Shown here: positions 1 to 9,400 of the stretch, piece by piece
Layout of the letters: every line of letters begins with the position of its first letter
Position numbering within the stretch: position 1 is the stretch's first letter
Assembly (NCBI GenBank): GCA_016188045.1
Contig: JACPIM010000004.1
Location: 8,493 to 72,492 of the forward strand
Source of the DNA: Candidatus Woesearchaeota archaeon
Lineage (GTDB): Archaea; Nanobdellota; Nanobdellia; SCGC-AAA011-G17; JACPIM01
Direction: 5' to 3'
DNA: 64,000 bases
The notes under the pieces: model-generated
What the model saw: the letters and a program-made list of their open reading frames with translations, nothing else
What the model was told of the DNA's origin: nothing
Database searches by the model: none
Made by a program: the position numbers and the translations under genes

Positions 1-75
1 AACATCCAGAAATTTTCAGAAAATCTTGGATTTCTTGGAAAAATCATAAAGACCATAAAGAACAAAAAAGTTTAG
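1..75 (+). CDS. C-terminal fragment of an unidentified gene running off the window start (partial)
   Basis: Frame 1 is open from nt 1 to TAG at 73-75. No family recognisable from 24 residues. Confidence 0.2.
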   Translation, partial: NIQKFSENLGFLGKIIKTIKNKKV

Positions 76-82
76 AAGAGTT

Positions 83-487
83 TTAAACTAGCTTCCTATA
101 TTCCTCACGAAATGCTCGTGCAATTTTTCTGTACATTTCCGAATCTCCAGGAAGGCGTCCGAGAAGAGCCCTTGCTTCTTCAGGAGAACCTTCTATTATT
201 ATTTCTGCTCCTGGCATCTTCCAACTTATACATCCATATCTAACAGCAAGAGATAATTCTTCTTGTACTTGAAGTGAATCTCCATGTAACGGGTGAGTTC
301 TAATTTCACTAAATCTTATTCTAAGACCTAGTCTATTTGCTTCACTAACTATCACCGGATAAACAAGTTCAAAAGCTTTATCTATACTTTGTCCTTTACT
401 AGAAAGTCCTTTAACACCCTCTAATAAAAGACCGGCAAATAAACCAATAGTAACATCACCGAGATGTAAATTATTTCGTCGTATCAT
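83..487 (-). CDS. hypothetical protein (134 aa)
   Basis: Clean ORF with AT-rich codon usage typical of the contig; no family recognised by eye. Confidence 0.5.
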   Translation of the reverse strand: MIRRNNLHLGDVTIGLFAGLLLEGVKGLSSKGQSIDKAFELVYPVIVSEANRLGLRIRFSEIRTHPLHGDSLQVQEELSLAVRYGCISWKMPGAEIIIEGSPEEARALLGRLPGDSEMYRKIARAFREEYRKLV

Positions 488-628
488 ATACTAAGTATAT
501 TTAATTTGCATTTAAAAACATTTTCGTATAATAAAATATATTTTTAACTTTTAACAGCATTAGTTAGAATATCACTCTCATCTTTTATTCCATTAAATTA
601 ATATATAAGATATAATTAATAAACGTAT

Positions 629-949
629 ATGGGGGAATTATCAAAGAAAAAATGCAAACCATGCGAAGGCAATATATTGCCTTTTAGTAAAAAACAAGCT
701 GAAGAATACTTAAAACAAATTCCAGATTGGAAATTATTAGATAATAAAATTTATAGAGAATTCAAATTTAAAAATTTTAGAGAAAATATGGTTTTTGTTA
801 ATAAAGTCGCAGAAATAGCAGAGCAAGAAAAGCATCATCCAGATTTACAAATCTCTTATGATAAACTAAAAATAACATTAACAACACATGCAATAAAGGG
901 ATTGTCTGAAAATGATTTTATTTTAGCTACAAAGATCAATATGTTATAA
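629..949 (+). CDS. pterin-4a-carbinolamine dehydratase (PCD/DCoH family)
   Basis: Diagnostic motif E-x3-HHPD-x6-Y-x-K-L-K-I-T-L-T-T-H-A-x-x-G-L-S; size about 100 aa. Confidence 0.8.
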   Translation: MGELSKKKCKPCEGNILPFSKKQAEEYLKQIPDWKLLDNKIYREFKFKNFRENMVFVNKVAEIAEQEKHHPDLQISYDKLKITLTTHAIKGLSENDFILATKINML

Positions 950-1009
950 TTCACCACTCAAGTATAATAAGAAAAGTTTAATATACTCAAGTGAAAGAAT
1001 ATATTATAA

Positions 1010-1531
1010 ATGGGATTATTCAAAAAAAAGCAAGGTAATGTAGAAAACCCAAGAACAATGGGCAGAACAAGCAATCTCCCTATTTTTCCAAAATATACAG
1101 AAGAAACAAAACCAAGAACAATACCCTCCTTGCCACCATTACCAAGATTACCATCACCTATTGAAGAAGAACCAATATATATGGAACCAAAACAAGAACC
1201 AGAATATCATGCTCCAGAATTTGAAGAATTTCAAGCTCCAATAAGAAGACCATTAAAACCAATTCTAGGAGAGTTAATGGAACAAGAAGAGAGTTTCAAA
1301 CAGCACATAACTAACGATTCAAAACCGATTTTTGTTAAATTAGAAAAATACAAATCCGCTATAAGCACAATAAACGAATTAAAAAAGAAAATAAAAGAGG
1401 CAGAAGATTTACTCTCAGAAATAGAGCAGATAAAATCACAAGAAGATAGGGAGATTTCTAATTGGCAAAAACAAGTTTCTGATATCAAAGCTAAATTATT
1501 GGAAATAGATAGAAATCTTTTTGAACTATAA
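1010..1531 (+). CDS. hypothetical Pro/Glu-rich protein with C-terminal coiled coil
   Basis: ORF with PxxP-rich N-terminal half and heptad-like K/E-rich C-terminus. 1-nt stop/start overlap (TAATG) with the next ORF. Confidence 0.45.
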   Translation: MGLFKKKQGNVENPRTMGRTSNLPIFPKYTEETKPRTIPSLPPLPRLPSPIEEEPIYMEPKQEPEYHAPEFEEFQAPIRRPLKPILGELMEQEESFKQHITNDSKPIFVKLEKYKSAISTINELKKKIKEAEDLLSEIEQIKSQEDREISNWQKQVSDIKAKLLEIDRNLFEL

Positions 1532-1896
1532 TGCCCAACATTCAAAGTGCTATTCATGTACAGATAAATAATTCTAAGTACTTGCAAAAAAGCGTTTTAG
1601 AATCAGCTTTATCATCTAATAAGCTACAACAATCAACATTAAGAATAAGAGAATTGCAAATCTCAAAAAGGAAAAGATTGTTAGAACTAAGGAATTTAAT
1701 AAAAGAATTATCAGAAAGCGCAAAAACATTGCATTTAAAAGAATTTCCTCAATTTAGGGATAAAGAAGAAAAAAAAGAGATAACAAGAGAAAAAAAAGAA
1801 AAAACAATAATAACTCCTTCTAGAAGCTACGAGGAAGAAAGTTTAATGAAAGAATTAAATGATATAAAAGCCAAATTAGATTCTATTTCTATTTAA
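1531..1896 (+). CDS. hypothetical coiled-coil protein
   Basis: Translationally coupled to the previous ORF; K/E/L-rich heptad pattern. Confidence 0.4.
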   Translation: MPNIQSAIHVQINNSKYLQKSVLESALSSNKLQQSTLRIRELQISKRKRLLELRNLIKELSESAKTLHLKEFPQFRDKEEKKEITREKKEKTIITPSRSYEEESLMKELNDIKAKLDSISI

Positions 1897-1935
1897 AAGC
1901 GAAATTTTTATAAGCCATAATTAATCATTGATTTT

Positions 1936-3696
1936 ATGGTTTATACTAGAAGTAGACTAATCAAGGAATATCTTGATTTCTTTAAAAGCAAAAACCACAA
2001 GGAAATTCCAAATGTCTCTTTAATACCAGAAAACGACCCAACAGTTCTGTTTACAACCGCAGGAATGCATCCCTTAGTCCCATTCCTATTAGGTCAAAAA
2101 CACCCATTAGGAGAAAGGCTTTGCAATGTCCAAAAATGCATTAGAACACAAGATATAGAAGAAGTGGGAGACGAAGTTCACCACACTTTTTTTGAAATGC
2201 TTGGTAACTGGTCTTTAGGCGATTACTTTAAAAAAGAAGCCATAGAATACAGTTTTGAATTCTTAACAAAAGTTCTAAAAATTACAAAAGAAAAATTAGC
2301 AGTCACTTGTTTCTCAGGGGATAAAGATGCTCCAAAAGACACCGAATCAGAAAAAACCTGGCAGTCACTAGGAATTCCTAAAGAAAGAATTGCTTTTTTG
2401 CCAAAAGAAAATAACTGGTGGGGCCCAGCTGGAAAAACAGGCCCCTGTGGTCCAGATACTGAAATGTTTTATTGGAAATCAAATAAACCAGCTCCAAAAA
2501 AATTTGATCCTGATGATAAAGATTGGGTTGAGATATGGAATGATGTCTTAATGCAGTATGTTAAAGATGAAAAAGGAAATTATGTTGAAGCAAAGCAAAA
2601 AAACATTGATACAGGAATGGGTGTTGAAAGAACAATTGCAGTATTAAACAACTTAGAAGACAATTATTTAACAGATGCCTTCTTGCCTATAATAAAAAAG
2701 ATAGAAAAAATTTCTAATAAAAAATACAATAAAGATAAAGAAGAGACTAGAGCAATTAGAATAATTACAGACCATATTAAAGCCTCTGTAATGATCCTTG
2801 GAGAAGGGATAGAACCGAGCAATAAAGAGCAAGGATATGTTTTAAGAAGATTAATTAGACGAGCCATTCGATATGGAAAAGAGCTTGGAATTGAAAAAGG
2901 ATTTACTAAAAATATTGCAGAAAGTGTTTTAGAAATTTATGAAGACTATTTACATTTAAAGCAGAAGAAGGAATTTATTTTTAATGAATTGGAAAAAGAA
3001 GAGAAAAGATTTAAACAAACGTTAAACACAGGATTAAAGTATTTTGAAAAAATATCCAGAGATAAAAAAGAAATTCAAGGAAAAGAAGCATTTTTGCTTT
3101 ATCAATCATATGGTTTCCCATTAGAGATGATTTTAGAGTTGGCAAAAGAAAAGAAAATAAAAATTGACACAGAAGGCTTCAAAAAAGAATTTGAAAAACA
3201 CCAAAAATTATCTAGAACAGCAACAGAAGGCAAATTCAAATCAGGTCTAGCTGACAATTCAGAAGCAACTAAAAAACTGCATACAGCCACACATTTGTTG
3301 AACGAAGCATTAAGAATATCATTAAATAAGCCGGATTTAATTCAAAAAGGCTCTAATATTACACCAGAAAGATTAAGATTTGACTTCAATTTTGATAGAA
3401 AATTAACAAATGAAGAGATAAAAAAAGTTGAAGATCTTGTAAACAAGAAAATAAGAGAAAGTTTAGAAGTTAAAAGACAGGAAATGACCGTAGATGAAGC
3501 TAAAAAGTTAGGAGCACAAGGAGTTTTTGAACACAAATATGGAGAAAAAGTTTCTGTTTACATAATAAACAACTTTTCAAAAGAAATATGCACAGGACCG
3601 CATGTAAAAAACACCAAAGAAATAGGTAAATTCAAAATTATTAAAGAAGAAGCTGTTGCTGCCGGGATAAGAAGGATTAAGGCAGTGTTAGAATGA
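1936..3696 (+). CDS. alaS: alanine--tRNA ligase, short form (catalytic plus truncated editing region, no C-Ala domain)
   Basis: N-terminus matches class-II AlaRS: LFTTAGMHP, HHTFFEMLGNWSLGDYFK. HTATHLL (HxxxH editing motif) and C-terminal CTGPHV...GIRRIKAV are present; only 586 aa. Confidence 0.85.
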   Translation: MVYTRSRLIKEYLDFFKSKNHKEIPNVSLIPENDPTVLFTTAGMHPLVPFLLGQKHPLGERLCNVQKCIRTQDIEEVGDEVHHTFFEMLGNWSLGDYFKKEAIEYSFEFLTKVLKITKEKLAVTCFSGDKDAPKDTESEKTWQSLGIPKERIAFLPKENNWWGPAGKTGPCGPDTEMFYWKSNKPAPKKFDPDDKDWVEIWNDVLMQYVKDEKGNYVEAKQKNIDTGMGVERTIAVLNNLEDNYLTDAFLPIIKKIEKISNKKYNKDKEETRAIRIITDHIKASVMILGEGIEPSNKEQGYVLRRLIRRAIRYGKELGIEKGFTKNIAESVLEIYEDYLHLKQKKEFIFNELEKEEKRFKQTLNTGLKYFEKISRDKKEIQGKEAFLLYQSYGFPLEMILELAKEKKIKIDTEGFKKEFEKHQKLSRTATEGKFKSGLADNSEATKKLHTATHLLNEALRISLNKPDLIQKGSNITPERLRFDFNFDRKLTNEEIKKVEDLVNKKIRESLEVKRQEMTVDEAKKLGAQGVFEHKYGEKVSVYIINNFSKEICTGPHVKNTKEIGKFKIIKEEAVAAGIRRIKAVLE

Positions 3697-3737
3697 AAAG
3701 AAGAAAAAATAAATCTATCCGCTTTTATGAGTAAGCG

Positions 3738-4236
3738 TTATGTTAAAAGTTTCATATTCTTTACGAGCAGATATAATAGAACTGGCCAGTTTTTAATACA
3801 AACAGGATTACCAAAGCCATCTGGACAAGCTTCTGCTTCTTTAGAAGTGACTCCTCCACCTTTCTTTGCATATAAATTATCGAAATCTCTTATTAGAATA
3901 AAGTTAAGCGGCTGGTTTTTTTCTATGTGGACTAGGATCTCGTCCATATATATGTATTATATTATTATACTGAGTAGCTAACTTTTCTCTAGGAATAGTC
4001 TGTGCTAATGGTGAATCAGGATGTATCATTCTTAACCTAACCCAACAAATATTTCTCTCTACTTGAACACGGTGTTCTAAAGAACAACGATCACCAAATT
4101 TATCATCTGGATAATTGTACCTTGTTACAGTATCTATTGCTCTATTATATAAGTCCACTAATTCACTATATCTTATCATATTTCCCCCAAAATAACATCT
4201 TAAAATATAGATTATAAATCTATCTATTAAAAACAA
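3738..4236 (-). CDS. hypothetical protein split across two overlapping frames at an A7 run (frameshift or slippage candidate)
   Basis: ORFs 3904..4236 and 3738..3947 overlap by 44 nt in different frames around agaaaaaaacc (3906-3920); a 1-nt change in the A-run fuses them into about 165 aa. Confidence 0.3.
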
Positions 4237-4296
4237 AAGAAAATAGAAAACAAAAAAGTCTTTTAATGAAAAAAATCCGATTATCTGAAAAAATAA

Positions 4297-4452
4297 TTAG
4301 AATCCTTTCTTTTTATTATAACAATCCTTACAGAAAACTGGCCTTCCCTCTACAGGTTTAAAAGGTACTTCTGCTTCATTACCGCATTCACTGCATGTAA
4401 TTTTATGCATTTCCCTTGGTCCGCCAAAATTTCTTCTGTTACCGAATTTCAT
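4297..4452 (-). CDS. small zinc-ribbon protein (51 aa, two CxxC pairs)
   Basis: Translated by hand: MKFGNRRNFGGPREMHKITCSECGNEAEVPFKPVEGRPVFCKDCYNKKKGF. Below the ORF-track size cut-off. Confidence 0.45.
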   Translation of the reverse strand: MKFGNRRNFGGPREMHKITCSECGNEAEVPFKPVEGRPVFCKDCYNKKKGF

Positions 4453-4614
4453 ATTTATATTCCTCCATATATACACATAAAAGAACTAGAAACTAGTCTT
4501 CCATATGTAACTAGTAAAAACAAAGAAAAACACCCTTTTTAAGCTTTGCCCTTTCTTTTTTAGTTCATTTTTAAAATAATATCATTTAAATATGAATAAC
4601 CACTCTTTTCCTAT

Positions 4615-5217
4615 ATGAGAGAATTCATTTTATTGGCTTCTAAAGCAATAACTTCACCAAATTTTGATTTAAACAATTTATCAGAAGCAGGCAGGTTAAA
4701 CTTTGTTTGCGCAACAATTTCAAACTCTTTGTTTGTATCAAATCATATGAGGCAAGATACCATAATTCACGTTGTACTGAATGGCCCAAAATATCCACCA
4801 AAAATAATAAGTTTACACGGAAATTATCTTAAAAATTTTGAACCGGATGAAAGAACAATTGCTTCTTTTATAAGTTTAGCATTAAAAAAAGGAATAAATC
4901 TAGAATTAAATCAAGAAATAGATGCTTTACCAGGAATAAAAATATCAAAGAAATCATTTGAAACCTTAATAAAAGAAAAAGCTACTAAAAACCAAGTAAT
5001 ATATTTGCATCCAAAAGGAGAAGATATAAGAAAGTTTAATTTTGAAGATAATCCTTGTTTTATTTTAGGAGATTATCAAGGAATACCAAAAAAAACAGAA
5101 AGATTTTTAGATAGATTCAATGCCAAAAAAATAAAACTCAGTCCGATTACATTATTTGCTTCTCATTGTCCAATCTTAGTTCATAATGAACTAGATAGAA
5201 GATTATTTAATTGGTAA
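4615..5217 (+). CDS. trmY: tRNA (pseudouridine54-N1)-methyltransferase TrmY (SPOUT, DUF358)
   Basis: MREFILLASKA...GRLNFVCATISNSLFVSNHMRQDTIIHVVLNG...DERTIASFI matches the archaeal TrmY family as recalled from memory. Confidence 0.75.
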   Translation: MREFILLASKAITSPNFDLNNLSEAGRLNFVCATISNSLFVSNHMRQDTIIHVVLNGPKYPPKIISLHGNYLKNFEPDERTIASFISLALKKGINLELNQEIDALPGIKISKKSFETLIKEKATKNQVIYLHPKGEDIRKFNFEDNPCFILGDYQGIPKKTERFLDRFNAKKIKLSPITLFASHCPILVHNELDRRLFNW

Positions 5218-5220
5218 TAA

Positions 5221-5649
5221 TTATTTTCTAACAAAGTTAATAGCAATTAAAGCACCAGTAACAAAAAACAAAGCATGTCCTAACCACCAAGTCCCGCTGA
5301 ACAATAATAAATTATCTCTATTGATTCCTGTAATATCTGGTGCTCTTGATCCAAACGGTACATACGCTTCACCTAATTCCCACGCCCTATAATAAATGCT
5401 CATTAAAGTGCTTGAAATTAAACCAAATAATATCATAATCAAATTTCTTTGTTTTATTTTTTTCGTAAATAGATCAGAACTAAATAAGGCCGTAGCAACA
5501 AAAAAAGCAACTAAAAATTTTAAAACAAAATAAGTTAAAGTTTCCATTGGTCTTGTTAATGATAAATGAAATAAAAAATCAAATACAAAAGTAAAAATAG
5601 CAGTTATTAACGCTCTTTTAAATATAATATTAAACATTTTATCCAACAA
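5221..5649 (-). CDS. hypothetical integral membrane protein (about 4 TM)
   Basis: Hydrophobic segments throughout; no family recognised. Confidence 0.45.
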   Translation of the reverse strand: MLDKMFNIIFKRALITAIFTFVFDFLFHLSLTRPMETLTYFVLKFLVAFFVATALFSSDLFTKKIKQRNLIMILFGLISSTLMSIYYRAWELGEAYVPFGSRAPDITGINRDNLLLFSGTWWLGHALFFVTGALIAINFVRK

Positions 5650-5971
5650 TTATTTTTCCTCTCATTGAAGGATGAATGCCACAATTATAGTTATATTCTC
5701 CGGCTTTATCAAAAGTGAAACTAAATTTCTCACCCTTGTTTAAAACCTCGCTCTCAAATAATCCGTTTGAAACAACAGTATGTACAGCACTATCCTGATT
5801 TTCCCAAGTAATTGTATCTCCGATCTTAACACTTAATTCATTAGGATTAAAAGAAAAACCATTAATAACAACGTTATTTCCTATAGACACACCGGTATTA
5901 ATATTTTGTTTAGAACACCCGCTAATAATTAGTAAACTAATCAATACAACAAATAATCCTCTTTTTATCAT
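5639..5971 (-). CDS. blue (type 1) copper protein, plastocyanin/halocyanin-like lipoprotein
   Basis: Lipobox LIISGC. His in HTVV plus C-x2-H-x4-M (YNCGIHPSMRG) give the cupredoxin copper ligand set. Confidence 0.75.
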   Translation of the reverse strand: MIKRGLFVVLISLLIISGCSKQNINTGVSIGNNVVINGFSFNPNELSVKIGDTITWENQDSAVHTVVSNGLFESEVLNKGEKFSFTFDKAGEYNYNCGIHPSMRGKIIVG

Positions 5972-6005
5972 TACCTAATTTAAAAATTTAATAAGTTTAT
6001 ATAAT

Positions 6006-6386
6006 TTATGCTTGATAATTCAAAGCAAGTCTATCACATTCTTTAAGACCTTCTAATCTTTTTCTAAAATATTCTGATAATTGTCCACTATAATGTCCTT
6101 TGTCAAGCATCCAATTCACAAACCCGATTATGTACTCAACACGTCCAATGCCAGAAGATTTATTAGACGTAATCACTAAAGGAACAAGACCAAGACCTTC
6201 ATTTAAAAGAGATTTAATTTGCCTCTCTCTATCATCCAATACACCAAATTTATCATCAAGGCAAGTAGGCAATCTTACAGCAATCTCTTTCAATATTCTT
6301 TCAGACAGTTTCATCAAAAACCATAAAACCAGAGAATATTTAAACATTCCCATCCAGAACAGAAATCTATATAAAGAAAAAACCAT
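6006..6386 (-). CDS. hypothetical protein (likely starts at an internal Met)
   Basis: ORF preferred over the overlapping + strand ORF 6100..6402 on composition; no family recognised. Confidence 0.35.
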   Translation of the reverse strand: MVFSLYRFLFWMGMFKYSLVLWFLMKLSERILKEIAVRLPTCLDDKFGVLDDRERQIKSLLNEGLGLVPLVITSNKSSGIGRVEYIIGFVNWMLDKGHYSGQLSEYFRKRLEGLKECDRLALNYQA

Positions 6387-6489
6387 AATTAAAAATTTAT
6401 AAAGGTGATCATAATAGTAGTAATAAAAAAAGAGAAAAATATAAAGACTTGGCCTATATCTATGAAATATTAGCTTATTATTAATTAAA

Positions 6490-9400
6490 ATGACAACTAT
6501 CCAAAAGATTAAATTTCACGGTTTTAAGTCGTTTGCAAAACCACTGGAGATAGAGTTTGGAAATAGTTTTAATTGCATTATTGGACCAAATGGTAGTGGA
6601 AAGTCATTATCAGGTGATGCAACAGTATTAACAAGCAAGGGAAATGAAATATCAATTAAAAAACTAGTTGAATCAAAACTAAACAAAGCAGATAAAATAA
6701 AGAAGTTAGATGATGGGGTTTATTGTGAAAGTAAAAGACCAACAAAGATTATTTCTTTAAACCCCATTAGTATGAAAAATGAGGAGTATGCAATTTCAAG
6801 ATTTATAAAAAGAGAAGGAGAACCACACCTATACGAGATAAAGACAAGAACAGGCAAAAAAATTAAATGTACTGGCTGTCATCCAGTTATGATATTTAAA
6901 GAAGGAAAAGTTCAAAGCGTCTTAGTTCAAGAGCTTAAAAAGACAGACAGAATCGCAACCCCTAGAATAATATTCACAAATACTAATTCAGAATCAAAAA
7001 ATCTAGCTAGACTCCTAGGCTACATAATAGGAGATGGATATATAAATAAAAACAGAATAGAATTTGTTAATGCTGATAAAGAAATTTTGGAAGATTTTAT
7101 AGGACTAACACGAGAATTATTTAATCTTTCTCCAGAATATAATAAAGTTACTAATAATCTTACAAGACTAATCTACTGGAATAAGAAATTTGTTAATTTT
7201 ATAATTGCTTTAATTAAAAATAAAAAAGAGAAATATACGAGCCAATATAAATATATTCCTAATAGAATCCTAAAGCTGGGTTTAGATACAACATCCAATT
7301 TGTTGGCAGCTTTATATGACACAGATGGAACAGTATACAAAAATAATGATGTTATAGAATTCTGCTCTAAAAATGAAAAATTGGTAAATCAAATTCAAAG
7401 ATTACTGTTAAGATTTAATATAATCGCAAGAAAAAAAGAAAGAAGTTGTTGTGCTTCTAATACAATCAATAAAATAAAAAGAAAGTATTATTATTTATAC
7501 ATTGAGGGACATGAAAATATAATTAAATTCTACAAGAATATTCCACTAAGATGTAGACACAAAATAGAAAGATTAGAAAATAAATTAAAATCACCAAAAG
7601 TTTCAAATCCAAATATTGATGTTTTACCAAAAGAAACGAATGCATTAATAAAAAAAGCGATAAATTTACTAGGAATTAGTTATAAACCATTAAGAAAAGA
7701 ATATCCAAAAATAGCGGCATATATAGAAAATAGATGCAATCCAACAAGACCGGGCTTACATGAAATTATACCAATATTATCATCTAAATTATTACAAATT
7801 TACTCTTCTGGCTTATCTTTAAGGTACGACCAATTAGAATTAGTAAATGTAATGGATCAACTAGGATTATCAGGTAGACAAACAAGCAACGCATTAGGCT
7901 TAAGCCCACAAATAATAAGAAACCATTGGGCAACAGGAAATTTTCAGGCCAAAGCCGAAAATTTAGAAAATTTCTTCAATTTTATTCAACGCGCAATAAG
8001 TTCAAGACTAATAGAATTAAAGTCAATAATGAATAAGTTATATAATTTGGCAAATTCTGATATTTTTTGGGATGAAATAGTCTCTATCAAAAAAGTAAAG
8101 GGCGAAAAATTTGTTTATGATTTAACAATCCCCAATAATCACAATTTCATAGCAAACGGTATTTTTGTACATAATTCAAATATAGTTGATGGTTTAACTT
8201 TTGTATTGGGAAAAAGATCAGCTAAAGCCATGAGGGCAGAAAAAGCCTCTAATCTTATTTTCAATGGCGGAAAAAAAGGCTCAGCAATGAAAGAAGCGTC
8301 AGTATCAATTTATTTTACAAATAATAATAAGGAGTTTCCAATAGCCTCAGAAACAGTAAAAATAACAAGGATAGTTAAGCAATCCGGTCAATCAGATTAT
8401 AAAATAAATGACGAAAAAAGAACAAGAGAGCAGATTATTGATTTGATATCGAAAGCAGGCATTGATCCAGACGGCTTTAACATCTTGCTTCAGGGAGATG
8501 TAGTTTCTTTTACAGAAATGCGTTCTGATGAACGTAGACAAATAATAGAAGATGTAGCAGGAATTTCAGTTTATGAAGATAAAAAGCAGAAAGCACTATT
8601 AGAGTTAGAAAAAGTAGATCAAAAAATAAATGAAGCCAATTTGATTTTAAAAGAAAGAGATGCTCATTTAAGGAACTTAAAAAAGGAACGTGATCAGGCA
8701 TTAAAATTCAAAGAATTGGAGCAAAATATCAAAGAAAATAAAGCAACTTATCTTTACTTGCAAATAAAAGAAAAAAGCGAAAAAAAAGAAGAGGTTGTCT
8801 CTAGGATAAAAAAACACCAGCAGAATATTGATTCTCTAAATAAAGAAGTCCAAGAATTAAGAACAAAAATAGACCAAAAGAAATCAGAAGTAGACTCAAT
8901 AAATAAGAACATTGAAGAAAAATCAGAGATAGAACAAGTTAGCTTACAACAGAATATTGAAAAAATAAGGGAAGAAATTTTAAGAGACGAAACCAGATTG
9001 GAAAACTTAAAAACAGAGATTCAAAAAGTTAATCAAAGGTCATCGCAATTAAAAAAAGATGAACTGGAAATAGAAAGTAAGATTGGAGAGTTAAATAAAG
9101 AAAAAATAAATCTTGAAGAAAAACAAAAAACACTAAAAAGAGAAGAAGAAACAGTAAGAAAAAATATCCAAAATTACAAAAAAAAGCACAATATCCAGGA
9201 CTTCTCATTAATAGAGAAAATAGAAACAGAAATAGAACAGTTGCAAAACAGCATAATCTATTTAAAAGAGCAAAAATCTTCTTTGATTATAGAACAGGAT
9301 AGAAACAATCAAGAAGTAACTAAAGTTAAAGAATTAGTAGATAAGTTCTCCTCACCACAAGTCAAAAAGAAAAGAGAAGAACTGGAAAAAGTTGAAAAAG

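Noticed and set aside
1231-3536. Several antisense ORFs (1231..1587, 2664..2867, 3102..3290, 3342..3536) within the coiled-coil genes and alaS
   Set aside because: Embedded antisense in confidently assigned genes; typical low-complexity AT-rich shadow ORFs.
6100-6402. Plus-strand 100-aa ORF overlapping 6006..6386
   Set aside because: S/R/P-rich translation atypical for this proteome; the antisense ORF has the better composition. Only one of the two was kept.
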